A stretch of DNA of 64,000 nt from an uncultured Methanolobus sp. (GCA_963675495.1 OY776215.1:1696001-1760000); one strand, 5' to 3'; shown: positions 39,470 to 51,912, counted from the first letter of the stretch. Notes: generated from the sequence alone by a model not told the origin. Numbers and translations: made by a program.

Positions 39470-42328
39470 ATGAAGCAGAATGACATGTCAATAAAAGCCA
39501 AATTAATCATGTATATCGTAGTTGGCGTTTTTTTGGTGCTTGTCGTTTCAACTGCTGTAAGTATCTCAACTGTGACTATACAACAAAGAGAACTTGCATA
39601 TCTTCAATCTGTAGAAATGGCGAGGGATTACGCGAACCAGTTCGATGGAGATATGAAGGCGAATATGGCTATTGCAGAAACTATTGCCAGAACAATGGAA
39701 ATGTACACAACTGCAGATAGGCAAGAAGTAAACAAAATTCTCGAAAATGTCCTTGAAGCATACCCCTCTCTTACAGGAGTTTATGTGGGATACGAACCTA
39801 ATGCATTTGATGGAAAAGATAATGAATATATCAATGCACATGCACACGATTCTACTGGAAGGTTCATACCTTACTGGAACACTATTCGTGGATTCATCGA
39901 TGTCGAACCCCTGGTAAATTATGATAAACAGGATTACTATCAACTTCCAAAAGCAACACATGAAAATATTGTTACTGAACCTTATTTTTATCAAGGTATC
40001 TTCATGGTCAGCTTTGATTCACCTATCTTTAAAGATGAAAAATTCATAGGTGTTGGTGGTGTTGATGTATCTCTTGGTTACATCGATGATGTGGTAAGTG
40101 ACATAAAAGCTTTTGACACCGGATATGCATTTGTGACAGGAAATACCGGTATTCTTGTGTCACATCCTGAATACAAAGAAAGAATGGGAACACACACTCT
40201 TTATGATTTTGGTATACCTGAAATATCAGCAGCTGCAGATGACATCAAAATGGGAAAGGGCGGAAGTGTTGAAACCATCGATCCCGCCACAGGCAAAGAA
40301 GTCATAATGTTCTACGAGCCTGTAAAAACAGGTAATTATTCTTTTGTGCTTGTAGTCCCAAAAGAAGAAATGTTTGCCGGAGTCACTGAACTCAGGAATA
40401 AACTGATTATCATATCCATGATCTCAATCTGTTTTATGGGCTTTGTCTCTTATCTGATAGCAACATCAATAACTTCTCCTATAGATGAAATTGTAAATAA
40501 CTTCAGAAATATCGCTCAGGATGCCGTTGATGGAAAACTGGATACAAGGGCACAAACCGATGTAGAGATAGACTTCAAGGAAATTCCAATCGGACTTAAT
40601 ATGATATTGGATGCTGTGATAGCACCTATCCGGGAATCGATAAGAGTTACAAATGCCCTTGCAAAAGGGGAGTTGGGAACACGTACCGAGCTGGAACTTA
40701 AAGGGGAATTTAAGCATCTTGGAGATACATTGGATAATTTTGCAGGTTCCTTGAACAATATTATTAAAGATTCCAGTAATGTGCTTACTGCTATACAGAA
40801 CAATGATTTCTCCCGTAGTGTCCAGGTCCATGGTGAAAGTGATTTCAAGGTTCTAACGGACGGAATAGAAAAGACAAGAAACTCGTTAGATCTGGCTATT
40901 CACGAGCAAAGAAGAGCAGAAAAAGCTCTCAGTGATTCTGAAAGGAAGTTCAGGACTTTGTTTGAAAGTCCAAATGATGCAATATATCTTACTGATATGC
41001 AAGGAAATATCCTGGAAGTAAATGAGATCGCATGTTCAAGAATGGGATACAACCGCAATGAACTTCTTTCCCTGAGGTACATGGATATTGACGCTTCCAA
41101 CCGTGGACAGGATTTTCTTAGACTTCTCAAAGAGCTATGTAAAATCAAAACCAACCTATTAGAAACAATTCACATGAGAAAAGATGGTACTGTTTTTCCA
41201 GTAGAATTAAGCAGCCGAATGATCATGTTTGATGGATATACAGCAATCATTACCATTGCAAGAGATGTCAGCAAAAGAAAAGAAACCGAAAAAGAACTTA
41301 AAAACTACGCTAAAGAGCTTAAACATTCCAATGAGCTTAAAGAAGAAATGGAGCACATAATCAATAACAGTCCTGTTATAGTCTTCAAATGGAAAACAGA
41401 AACTGATTGGCCAGTAGAATTCGTTTCCGAAAACATCGCAAAACTTGGTTATACTGTAGAGGATTTTACATCAAACCGTATCAAATATGCCGATATAATA
41501 CACCCGGAAGACAGTGAAAGAACACATTTACATATTTCCAATTATTATATGAAAAAAGATGCTGAACTGAACTATGAGTATAGAATAATCACAAAATCAG
41601 GCGACATAAGATGGGTAGATGAAAGGACTTTCTCAAGACGTGATCATTCCGGCAGAATCACACTACAAGGTATCATTCTTGATATAACTGAACGGAAAAA
41701 GGTGGAAGAGGCACTTTTGCAGGGAGAGAAAATACGTAAGAAAGAAATACATCATCGTGTTAAGAATAATTTGCAGGTAATCTCAAGTCTTCTTTATCTT
41801 GCATCTGACAATTTTGAAGATCCGAATGTAATAGAAGCATTCATGGACAGTCGTAACCGTGTTCGTTCAATGGCTCTGATACACGAAGAGCTATACCAAT
41901 CCGGGGATATGACAAGCATTGACTTTTCTGATTACACGGAGAAATTGATGGATTATTTATCCAAATCTTACGGAACTGGAAACGAGAGCATTGAACTGAG
42001 TTCGAATATTGAAAATGTTTATTTGAATGTTGATACTGCTGTTCCACTAGGTATGATAATCAACGAACTTGTTTCAAACTCACTAAAACACGCTTTCCCT
42101 GAAATGAAAGAAGGGAAGATAAGTGTAGAACTTAGAGTACTGAAAGGGAATATCCTGTTGAGAATAAAAGACAATGGAATAGGACTTTCTTCTAAGATCG
42201 ATTACAGAAATACTGAATCTCTGGGTTTGCAACTTGTGGTCACACTAGTTGACCAGATTGATGGTACTATTGAACTAAATGCAATTGATGGAACTGAATT
42301 TTCCATAAATTTTAAAGAAAGAAAATAG
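39470..42328 (+). CDS. Membrane sensor histidine kinase (dCache-HAMP-2xPAS-HisKA_2/HATPase)
   Basis: Paralogue of 21272..23299 with two extra PAS domains; H-box EIHHRVKNNLQ. Confidence 0.92.
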   Translation: MKQNDMSIKAKLIMYIVVGVFLVLVVSTAVSISTVTIQQRELAYLQSVEMARDYANQFDGDMKANMAIAETIARTMEMYTTADRQEVNKILENVLEAYPSLTGVYVGYEPNAFDGKDNEYINAHAHDSTGRFIPYWNTIRGFIDVEPLVNYDKQDYYQLPKATHENIVTEPYFYQGIFMVSFDSPIFKDEKFIGVGGVDVSLGYIDDVVSDIKAFDTGYAFVTGNTGILVSHPEYKERMGTHTLYDFGIPEISAAADDIKMGKGGSVETIDPATGKEVIMFYEPVKTGNYSFVLVVPKEEMFAGVTELRNKLIIISMISICFMGFVSYLIATSITSPIDEIVNNFRNIAQDAVDGKLDTRAQTDVEIDFKEIPIGLNMILDAVIAPIRESIRVTNALAKGELGTRTELELKGEFKHLGDTLDNFAGSLNNIIKDSSNVLTAIQNNDFSRSVQVHGESDFKVLTDGIEKTRNSLDLAIHEQRRAEKALSDSERKFRTLFESPNDAIYLTDMQGNILEVNEIACSRMGYNRNELLSLRYMDIDASNRGQDFLRLLKELCKIKTNLLETIHMRKDGTVFPVELSSRMIMFDGYTAIITIARDVSKRKETEKELKNYAKELKHSNELKEEMEHIINNSPVIVFKWKTETDWPVEFVSENIAKLGYTVEDFTSNRIKYADIIHPEDSERTHLHISNYYMKKDAELNYEYRIITKSGDIRWVDERTFSRRDHSGRITLQGIILDITERKKVEEALLQGEKIRKKEIHHRVKNNLQVISSLLYLASDNFEDPNVIEAFMDSRNRVRSMALIHEELYQSGDMTSIDFSDYTEKLMDYLSKSYGTGNESIELSSNIENVYLNVDTAVPLGMIINELVSNSLKHAFPEMKEGKISVELRVLKGNILLRIKDNGIGLSSKIDYRNTESLGLQLVVTLVDQIDGTIELNAIDGTEFSINFKERK

Positions 42329-42339
42329 AAGGTGTAAAG

Positions 42340-42735
42340 ATGGATAATCCAAAGATACTGGTCGTTGAAGATGAAAATGTCGTTGCTTTGGAGCTAAAGA
42401 AAAGACTCAAAAAACTTGGTTATCAGGTATCTAGCGTTGCATCATCCGGAAAAGAAGCCATTAATAAAGCTGAAGGTTTTCTTCCAAATCTTGTGATAAT
42501 GGATATCAGGCTAAAAGGAGATATGGATGGAATCCAGGCGGCACAAATAATCAGGGAGAAGTTTAATATACCAGTGATATATCTCACGGCCCACTCAGAT
42601 GATGAGACACTTAAAAGAGCTAAACAAACAGAACCTTATGGATACATACTAAAACCTTTTGAAGAAGACGACCTGCGAACCACAATCGAAATAGCACTTT
42701 ATAAGCATCAAGTAGAAAATTCTCCTACAAAATAA
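42340..42735 (+). CDS. Stand-alone response regulator receiver protein
   Basis: ILVVEDE, IMDIRL, YLTAH, KPF. Confidence 0.93.
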   Translation: MDNPKILVVEDENVVALELKKRLKKLGYQVSSVASSGKEAINKAEGFLPNLVIMDIRLKGDMDGIQAAQIIREKFNIPVIYLTAHSDDETLKRAKQTEPYGYILKPFEEDDLRTTIEIALYKHQVENSPTK

Positions 42736-42861
42736 GCATTATTTGAATTCATCAGGGACATCTGGAAGCTTTTATTTGAAGAGAGGCTTAAAGTTTTCAA
42801 AGAGAATATAGTCTTTTGATTTAAAATTGAACTTTGTTGAGGATTCATTTGGATATCACAA

Positions 42862-43258
42862 ATTACCATACCTTATGACAATTCACATTCCATACAAACA
42901 ATAACACCAAATTATGCTATATATTATTCTATTCTACTGGAAAGTATCCCTTTAATAAAAGGGTCCATATCCATAGGCAGGAATACGGGTCGGTATTCCT
43001 GCACTTCCCCAAAAATTAGCAGGTTTGCCGGAATGTATATTTTGTCGTTTAACTAAAATCAATAATCCTTATCAGTGTGTTTGATGTTACGATTATCATA
43101 CCCCATGACAATTCACATGTCATGCAAATAATAACACCAAATTATACTATATAATATTCTGTTTTAAGGTAAAAAGCCCCTTAACAAAAGGACCCAGATC
43201 TATTGGTAAGAATGCGGATTACTATCCCTGTAACTCCAAAAATCAATTGCTTTATCGT
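42862..43258. repeat. Two imperfect ~170-bp tandem copies (offset 230) upstream of pylS
   Basis: atgacaattcacat...aataacaccaaattat...ctatata in both 42862-43030 and 43092-43258. Confidence 0.8.
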
Positions 43259-43385
43259 AAGCTTTATATAATAAATCTGGCCGTCCACATACACAAACTA
43301 TAAGTACTATGAATTATGGACAATATATATATATGCCGATGATTAACATTAACATGTTTCTTTAGTCGATACAAACACGACATAA

Positions 43386-44852
<1,467 letters not shown>

Positions 44853-44861
44853 GGTGGTATC

Positions 44862-45953
44862 ATGATAAAAAATATTGATTACCATGGCCTTGACATATTC
44901 GCACAGGATATTATAAGTGGCCTTCAGCTCACAGATGCTAACCTAAGAGAACTGCTCTCCCTTACAGAAAAACAAGATCTCCAAAAGCTGCACTACGTTG
45001 CAAGAAAAGTGAGAGATCATTTCTTTGGGAACAAAGTTTTCCTCTACAGTTTCGTTTACTTCTCAACCCACTGCAAAAATAACTGCACTTTCTGTTACTA
45101 CAACAGGTGCAACGATATACAGCGATACCGCCTTGGTATGGATGAGATACGCAATATTTGCAGGGCAGTGAAAAACGAAAGCATACATATGGTTGACCTG
45201 ACAATGGGAGAGGACCCATATTTTCACAATAATCCTGAAAGATTCGTTGATATTGTCAAAGCAGTCAAAGAAGAAACCGGTCTTCCAGTTATGATCTCAC
45301 CAGGAGTCATGAATGATGAAACACTAAGCAGACTTCATGAGATGGGAGCTGATTTTCTTGCCCTGTATCAGGAAACACATGATGTTGATCTCTTCCATAA
45401 ACTGAGAGTAGGCCAATCATTTGAAGAAAGAATGCATTCAAGGCAATTTGCCAAAAATATCGGCTACTGCGTGGAAGATGGTATACTCACAGGCGTTGGG
45501 AATGATATAGATTCAACCATAAAATCCCTGCGCGGAATGCAGAAGAGCAGACCTGACATGGTACGTGTCATGACCTTTGTTCCACAGGAAGGAACTCCTC
45601 TTGAGGAAATAGATCAGCAGTCCAGTCTCTCTGAACTTAAGATAATATCAATACTAAGGCTGATGTTCCCTGACAGGCTTATACCCGCATCCCTTGACCT
45701 TGAGGGAATAGATGGCATGGTACATCGCCTTAATGCAGGTGCCAATGTGGTCACATCGATAATACCATCCGATTCTCCACTTGAAGGCGTTGTCAATTAT
45801 GACAGAGAACTTGAAGAAAGGGACAGGGATCCAAAAAGTGTTGTCAAACGCCTCAAGTCTATGGGTATGGAACCTGCAAGCCAGGATGAGTTCAACAGAA
45901 TAATAGGAAAATCAATACCAAAGACAGTCGAAGTGCCGGTTGTGGCAGTATGA
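44862..45953 (+). CDS. pylB: 3-methylornithine synthase (radical SAM)
   Basis: CKNNCTFC motif; DLTMGED; follows pylS. Confidence 0.96.
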   Translation: MIKNIDYHGLDIFAQDIISGLQLTDANLRELLSLTEKQDLQKLHYVARKVRDHFFGNKVFLYSFVYFSTHCKNNCTFCYYNRCNDIQRYRLGMDEIRNICRAVKNESIHMVDLTMGEDPYFHNNPERFVDIVKAVKEETGLPVMISPGVMNDETLSRLHEMGADFLALYQETHDVDLFHKLRVGQSFEERMHSRQFAKNIGYCVEDGILTGVGNDIDSTIKSLRGMQKSRPDMVRVMTFVPQEGTPLEEIDQQSSLSELKIISILRLMFPDRLIPASLDLEGIDGMVHRLNAGANVVTSIIPSDSPLEGVVNYDRELEERDRDPKSVVKRLKSMGMEPASQDEFNRIIGKSIPKTVEVPVVAV

Positions 45954-47047
45954 AAAACATATGCATTATCGGAGGCAAACTACAAGGTTTTGAGGTCTCT
46001 TATCTTGCCCATAAGGCAGGCATTAATGTTGTGCTTGTGGACCGCAAGGCAAAACCCCTTATATGCAATGTTGTTGACAGTTTCCAATGCTTTGACATAA
46101 CCGAGGAACCCGAAAAACTGAGAGAAATCTCAGAAAATGTAGATGCCATCATTCCGGTAAATGAGAACCTGATAACCATAGAATTTTTAAGAAGTATAGA
46201 GAATGAACTTGCATGCCCTATACTCTTCGATTTTGATGCCTACTACGTAAGCATGGATAAGAAGCGTTCAAAGGATTATTTCAAGTCAATTGATATACCC
46301 ACACCTGAAGATAAGCCCTCCAAGCCACCATATTTTGTGAAACCACCTTGTGAGAGCAGCAGCATTGGAACCTCCATAATATATGATGACATAGGTCTCG
46401 AAGGCCTTGACCCTTCGATGCTTATCGAGGAATATGTTGAGGGTGATGTTGTTTCCCTTGAAGTCGTAGGGGATGGCAGAAACTACGCAGTTCTAAAGGA
46501 AACGAAGATACATATCGATGATACGTACGACTGCCATATGGTGACTCCCATCGATAACTATCCTGAGTTCAGAAAAATAAGTTATGAACTGGCAAAGAAC
46601 CTCAACCTTCGGGGAATAATGGATGTTGAGGCAATAGATAGTCCTCAGGGACTGAAAGTACTTGAGATAGATGCGAGATTCCCGAGCCAGACACCTACTG
46701 CTGTCTACCATTCTACAGGAATAAATCTGGTAGAAATTCTCATGCAAGCGTTTTCAGAAGGAGTTCAAGAGTTGGAAATAGCTCCTGAAAAGAATTACTG
46801 CATCTATGAGCACCTGCTCCTTGATGGTGGAAACCTGAAACCTGTTGGGGAGCATGTCCTCTCACAGGGCTACGAATACGTACAGTTCCATGCTTCTGAG
46901 GGGCTTGAAATATTCGAGTCAAAGGGAAAGAACAGTGTTTTCACTCTTATAAGCTGGGGAACTGACAGGAAAGAAACTGAAAAAATGAGACAAAGCGGAA
47001 TGGAAATGATAATTGAACATTTCCAGACAAATCCACAGGAGGTATAA
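45950..47047 (+). CDS. pylC: 3-methylornithine--L-lysine ligase (ATP-grasp)
   Basis: IGGKLQG; LEIDARFPSQTP. Confidence 0.96.
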   Translation: MKNICIIGGKLQGFEVSYLAHKAGINVVLVDRKAKPLICNVVDSFQCFDITEEPEKLREISENVDAIIPVNENLITIEFLRSIENELACPILFDFDAYYVSMDKKRSKDYFKSIDIPTPEDKPSKPPYFVKPPCESSSIGTSIIYDDIGLEGLDPSMLIEEYVEGDVVSLEVVGDGRNYAVLKETKIHIDDTYDCHMVTPIDNYPEFRKISYELAKNLNLRGIMDVEAIDSPQGLKVLEIDARFPSQTPTAVYHSTGINLVEILMQAFSEGVQELEIAPEKNYCIYEHLLLDGGNLKPVGEHVLSQGYEYVQFHASEGLEIFESKGKNSVFTLISWGTDRKETEKMRQSGMEMIIEHFQTNPQEV

Positions 47048-47048
47048 A

Positions 47049-47834
47049 ATGGCACTTTTGACACCAGAAGACCTGGAAAACCTTTCAATGCAGCTTGAAG
47101 AAAATGATGAGATCGCAAGAAGGGTCACGGGTCTTGATATAAGGGGAATATGCGAATCACTTTACGGAACAAAACCAGGTTCTGAAAAAGTAGGTATCAT
47201 ACCCATCACCGCGGGAAACGGTGTTATCGGTAATTTCACGTCTTCTCTTCTCTATATAGTCGAATACTTCGGCTTTGAAGGATTCATATCAGAGCATCCG
47301 GATGTTACAGGTTACTATGAAGCCGTGTCCCAGGGAGCTGACATAATAATGATGGCAGATGATCATATTTTCACTGCTCACAACCTGAGGAACGAGAAGA
47401 TCGTCGGCAATCATGTGGCTACAGGTGTTATTTATGCGGACATTGCTTCAAGGTTCCAGGAAGCCAGTTCAAAGGATATACTAGTAATTGGACTTGGAAG
47501 AGTTGGTTATGCAGGAGCATGTCATCTTGTAGACAAGGGTTTCAATGTCTATGCCTGCGATCCTAACAAGAAATTCCTTCAAAAAGCTGTTGATGAACTT
47601 GGCATAAAACCTTACTGCAGTGATGACAGGAAGAAATTTTCCATGGTTTTTGAAGCCACACCCAATGCAGACACAATATCAGAAGGCATGATCGAAGAAA
47701 GATGCCTTGTCTCAACCCCTGGGATACCGTGTGGACTTCCGCCTGAAGTCGGAAAGAAATATCGTGTTGACCTTGTGATGGAGCCTCTTGTGATAGGGGT
47801 TGCTTCAATGTTGTATTCTGTAATTCAAAACTAA
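47049..47834 (+). CDS. pylD: 3-methylornithyl-lysine dehydrogenase (pyrrolysine synthase)
   Basis: MALLTPEDL; MADD; GLGRVG; STPGIP. Confidence 0.96.
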   Translation: MALLTPEDLENLSMQLEENDEIARRVTGLDIRGICESLYGTKPGSEKVGIIPITAGNGVIGNFTSSLLYIVEYFGFEGFISEHPDVTGYYEAVSQGADIIMMADDHIFTAHNLRNEKIVGNHVATGVIYADIASRFQEASSKDILVIGLGRVGYAGACHLVDKGFNVYACDPNKKFLQKAVDELGIKPYCSDDRKKFSMVFEATPNADTISEGMIEERCLVSTPGIPCGLPPEVGKKYRVDLVMEPLVIGVASMLYSVIQN

Positions 47835-47848
47835 AGGAGTAACAAGAA

Positions 47849-49483
47849 ATGTATGTGATTTCACTGGACCTTGGAACTAGCGGTTTCAGGGCACAACTTA
47901 TAGACCTTGAAAAGAAAGAAACTTTAAAGACTGTGATTACAATGGGCCACCCGCTTCCCGGTGGAAATGTCATGGACCACCTTGATTTTGCCATGGCTAC
48001 CGGAGAAGATGTAGCTCACAGGCTGATCATTGAAACTGTAAAGGAGATTCTGGAAAAGTTCGATGTGGAACCTGAAAAGATAGAGCGTATAGCAGTCTGT
48101 GGAAATCCCATACAACTCTCGCTTTTCCAGAATATGGAGATAAGGGACCTTGCATACGCAGGTGAGAACAAACAGAAATCCCTTGGAGTGGAAGATGTCA
48201 AAAGAGATGCCAGGATATTCCCTGCAAATGAGATATTCAAAGGTATCTTTGAAATGGATAACTGTGAGGTAATCGTTCCTCCAGCCATCAAACACGAGAT
48301 CGGTGCCGATGCTCTTGCCATGATGCTGGAAACCGATTTCATCAACCAGACAGAACCGTGTCTTGTTACTGATTACGGCACCAATGCCGAGATGGCACTG
48401 AAGATAGGCGACAGAATAATAACTGCAAGTGCAGCTGCAGGACCTGCTATTGAAGGACAGGGTATAGCATGTGGAATGCTGGCTGGTCCAGGCGCAATAA
48501 GTGATATAACTATTGAGAACGGTCTCTGGAGACTTACTGTTCTTGACAGGACAATGAGCCCCGGTGAAGGACCTCTTGTTGATCCTGTTACAGGGGAGAT
48601 CGCTGAGGAGGGTGGATTGATCCCAAAGGGTATCACTGGAACCGGTGTTATCTCTACAATCGCACTAGCCATCAGGGAAGGACTCATGACGAAGATACCC
48701 GAACTGCCCAATGGAAAACTGATACTCAGTGAAAATATAATGATTAACAACAAGGATGTGGAGGAAGTAGGCAAGGCTATAGGCGCTATACGTGCAGCTC
48801 ATCTAACACTCATGGTTGAATCTGGCGTGAAATACGAGGATCTCACCTACTCATATATGTCAGGGGCAACCGGGACATATGTGAATGCTGAAAAAGCAAG
48901 ATACATAGGATCGGTACCTGGATTTTCCAAAAATATCATTCAGTTTGGGAACACATCCCTGGGGCTTGCAAGGAAGATCGCTATTGACAGGTCAAAACTT
49001 GATGAGGTCATAGAGATCGCAAAGAAGATACAGGCCGACCACCTGATGATGGCCACCAGCGAGACCTTCAAAGACATATATATGTGCGAGCTATCGAAAT
49101 GGCAACAGGGAATGCCTGAAGATGTGTATAAACAGATGCTTGAGATGTACAACATCCCTGTGTTCCCTGAGAACATTAAAGAAGTTGAAATAGAAAAAAG
49201 GGTTGTCAGGGACATTGATGACGTGGGGAAACTTGGCCTTGATATCGTAAAGGACATAGGGATCATTCTTGAAGCACCGGTGGTTGATTGCATACTCTGT
49301 CATAAATGTGAGCAGGAATGCCCTGAAGATGCGATTATAATAATTCAGAAGGATGGAGAAAAAGAAAGATATGCCGATATCGACAGTCAGCACTGTCTTG
49401 GTACAAGCTGCAGGCGTTGTGTTGCCATATGTCCTGTGCAGACCATAGACCACAAGATACTGAAAATAAAGGAAAAGAACTAA
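47849..49483 (+). CDS. ramA: Methylamine corrinoid protein reductive activase RamA
   Basis: LDLGTSGFR, TDYGTNAE, and C-terminal 2x[4Fe-4S] motifs (CILCHKCEQECP; CLGTSCRRCVAICP). Confidence 0.94.
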   Translation: MYVISLDLGTSGFRAQLIDLEKKETLKTVITMGHPLPGGNVMDHLDFAMATGEDVAHRLIIETVKEILEKFDVEPEKIERIAVCGNPIQLSLFQNMEIRDLAYAGENKQKSLGVEDVKRDARIFPANEIFKGIFEMDNCEVIVPPAIKHEIGADALAMMLETDFINQTEPCLVTDYGTNAEMALKIGDRIITASAAAGPAIEGQGIACGMLAGPGAISDITIENGLWRLTVLDRTMSPGEGPLVDPVTGEIAEEGGLIPKGITGTGVISTIALAIREGLMTKIPELPNGKLILSENIMINNKDVEEVGKAIGAIRAAHLTLMVESGVKYEDLTYSYMSGATGTYVNAEKARYIGSVPGFSKNIIQFGNTSLGLARKIAIDRSKLDEVIEIAKKIQADHLMMATSETFKDIYMCELSKWQQGMPEDVYKQMLEMYNIPVFPENIKEVEIEKRVVRDIDDVGKLGLDIVKDIGIILEAPVVDCILCHKCEQECPEDAIIIIQKDGEKERYADIDSQHCLGTSCRRCVAICPVQTIDHKILKIKEKN

Positions 49484-49555
49484 AAAATGAGAGATCACTC
49501 ATTTATTTTTAAAATTTGTTCTTGAGTGATTCTTATTTTTTATTTCTTTTTTATT

Positions 49556-50239
49556 TCAGGTTAAGAATTCTTCTAATGATGCCCAATAAACTTCATGTCC
49601 TTTTACTGATTTCCACAAAGATTTAGAGCCATGAAAACCTTCTTCTTCAGGTTTAAATTGAGTTATGTACTTTTTATTTACGAACCTGAATAATTCGTCC
49701 GTATTTTTTATCTCTTTTTTTGCAGATGCAACAAAGGTTGGTTTGTTTAGAGACCGAATTTCTGCTGCCAGATCTATCTTTTTCAAATGTTCGATCGGGC
49801 TAAATGCTATCACTGATCTTATCATTTCATTATCAGATGGAATTAATAAGGCTAAAGAAGCGGAGTAAGAACTTCCAAAAATAATAATTGGATCGTTGTT
49901 GTTTAATTTATATGAATATTCTACAGCAGCTTCGATATCCTTTCTTGCATCCAAATATCCTGTAGCTAAACCTTTTTGTTTAGCTAATGTAGATGTTTCA
50001 TTTGTTACCCCCAGTACATTCATCCCGGAACGCTGGTTTATTGCCAAAAAGGAAAAACCTAGATCATTCAATTTCAAAGCTGTCTCGCGATATTCTCCTC
50101 TGTTAAAATAAGAACGATGGCACAGGACAATAAATCCTTTAGCTTTTTTTAAAAGGTACAGATCAGCTGTTATTACCAGACCGTCTTTTGATTCAAACTC
50201 AATTGTTTTGTATTTTGTATTTTAATTATCTTTATTCAT
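49556..50239 (-). pseudogene. Alpha/beta hydrolase (dienelactone-hydrolase-like) with a premature TAA at codon 6
   Basis: The frame continues upstream of ORF 49556..50077 (FESKDGLVITADLY...LCH...RGEY) to ATG 50239, interrupted by TAA at 50222-50224. GSSYSA nucleophile motif and FHGS are present. Confidence 0.7.
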
Positions 50240-50343
50240 CTTTACACAACTTAATATAAACTTGTAGACAATAAACAGCATCAAAATTTAACAATGTTTT
50301 GAGAAAGAGTTCGAAAATATGTTAATAGACCAAAAATAAGAGC

Positions 50344-51912
50344 TTACTCATCAAATTTCAAAATTGTTGTTTTGAGGGTTGCCAGATCCACTACTGGAAC
50401 CTGCGCAGGAGTGGGGACTACATTTACCCTTTTCTGAAACTCAGTCTGGTCCTGCCAGGTTCCGGAATTTATCAGCAGGACATTCTTGTACCATTCAACA
50501 CCCACTGTATGTACGTGGCCACAATGAAGGATATCCGGTACATTTCCAATAACAAAATGATCTTTCTTCTCAGGTGCAATGGAAACACGGCTACCATATA
50601 TAGGGGAAAGATGCCTAAATTTCATCATTTCAACCATTGCCTTGGTAGGATCACCATATGATACACCAGGAACAGCTGCAACCAGATCATCGATCGAACG
50701 GCCATGATATAACATTACCTTTACACCATCCAGATCCACAATTGAAGGGTTTCCTACAAATGTCACGTTTTCAGGGAAATCCGCTCTTATTATCTCAGGT
50801 AATTTTGGCTGGGGTTCAGCCTGGCGGACAGCATCATGGTTTCCAGGAGAAATAATAATATGGATATGACTGGGTACCCTGTGGAAATATTCGGCTGCTT
50901 TTTTGTACTGATCATACACATCCAGAATTGAAAGTTCGTTTTCCTGTCCCGGGTATATGCCAACTCCGTCAACAAGATCACCTGCTACAAGGAGATAACG
51001 AACTTCCTTTGCAATGGCAGCCAATGCTTCATTGTCAGTATCACCATTCAAAAAATCAAGGAATCGCTCCCAGGGCTCTTCAAGAAAAGTTGAGCTCCCA
51101 ATGTGTACATCAGATGTAAGAATTGCCTTTCCAATAGTACCACTCCTCTTAATACTCGTATTCGGAAGATCCGGGAGAATTATCTTTTGTACTATCATTA
51201 GCTTGCCATCGTTTGTGAGTTTTCCTGTAAAACCGACAACCTCATCCAGCACCAGATGGCTGGCCTGTTCATAGAGATCTTTGTCTGCCATGCGTATAAG
51301 AACTGAGAATGAACCGGTCGGATCTTCGACTTCAAGTATCTTGTGACCATTGCTTGTGCTCTTTATATCAGATATCATGCCAATTACAGATATCTCTCCA
51401 GCTTCCTTATTTCCCCTGAAATTGCTTCTTTTACCCGTTTTCAGGCTCTCTATGGGACGGGCATTTACTCTACCTCGAATTATATCACTAATTCTGCTGT
51501 AACGGTTTCTGAAAAACTGGACAAATTCCATGTATTCACCGACACAAGTTGAATTATCTGTGATATCTGAAATCACGGAAACAGGACTATCAGAGTAGCA
51601 AAAATTACTTGAAGAGTCTCTAGAGCTGCTTAATGTCTGGTAGGAAGAATCGTAATCATTTTTGGATACCTCATTCTGTGGACTCAGTTTAGAAGATGAT
51701 GTGAAACTTTCTTTTTCCACAGGAGTTACGTCACTAAATCCTTCAAGGTCGATATGGTCAACATCAATTACAAGCACAGAAAGATCGATATTCTCAAGTA
51801 TGTATGCAACAAGTTCCTTAGGGGAACAATGAGAGCATATTAGGTCCACTGCTTCAGGACTTATCTGGTAGCCTTCTTCAATAAAGACAGTCAAAACATC
51901 AATTTCATTCAT
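50344..51912 (-). CDS. polB: DNA polymerase D small subunit (DP1)
   Basis: OB fold (EVEDPTG) and calcineurin-like motifs SDVHIGS, AGDLVDG, PGNHD, YHGRS, CGHVH. Confidence 0.95.
   Translation of the reverse strand: MNEIDVLTVFIEEGYQISPEAVDLICSHCSPKELVAYILENIDLSVLVIDVDHIDLEGFSDVTPVEKESFTSSSKLSPQNEVSKNDYDSSYQTLSSSRDSSSNFCYSDSPVSVISDITDNSTCVGEYMEFVQFFRNRYSRISDIIRGRVNARPIESLKTGKRSNFRGNKEAGEISVIGMISDIKSTSNGHKILEVEDPTGSFSVLIRMADKDLYEQASHLVLDEVVGFTGKLTNDGKLMIVQKIILPDLPNTSIKRSGTIGKAILTSDVHIGSSTFLEEPWERFLDFLNGDTDNEALAAIAKEVRYLLVAGDLVDGVGIYPGQENELSILDVYDQYKKAAEYFHRVPSHIHIIISPGNHDAVRQAEPQPKLPEIIRADFPENVTFVGNPSIVDLDGVKVMLYHGRSIDDLVAAVPGVSYGDPTKAMVEMMKFRHLSPIYGSRVSIAPEKKDHFVIGNVPDILHCGHVHTVGVEWYKNVLLINSGTWQDQTEFQKRVNVVPTPAQVPVVDLATLKTTILKFDE

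Noticed and set aside
42326-42340. UAG read-through fusing kinase 2 to its receiver
   Set aside because: An in-frame TAA follows at 42335-42337, and the receiver is in a different frame.
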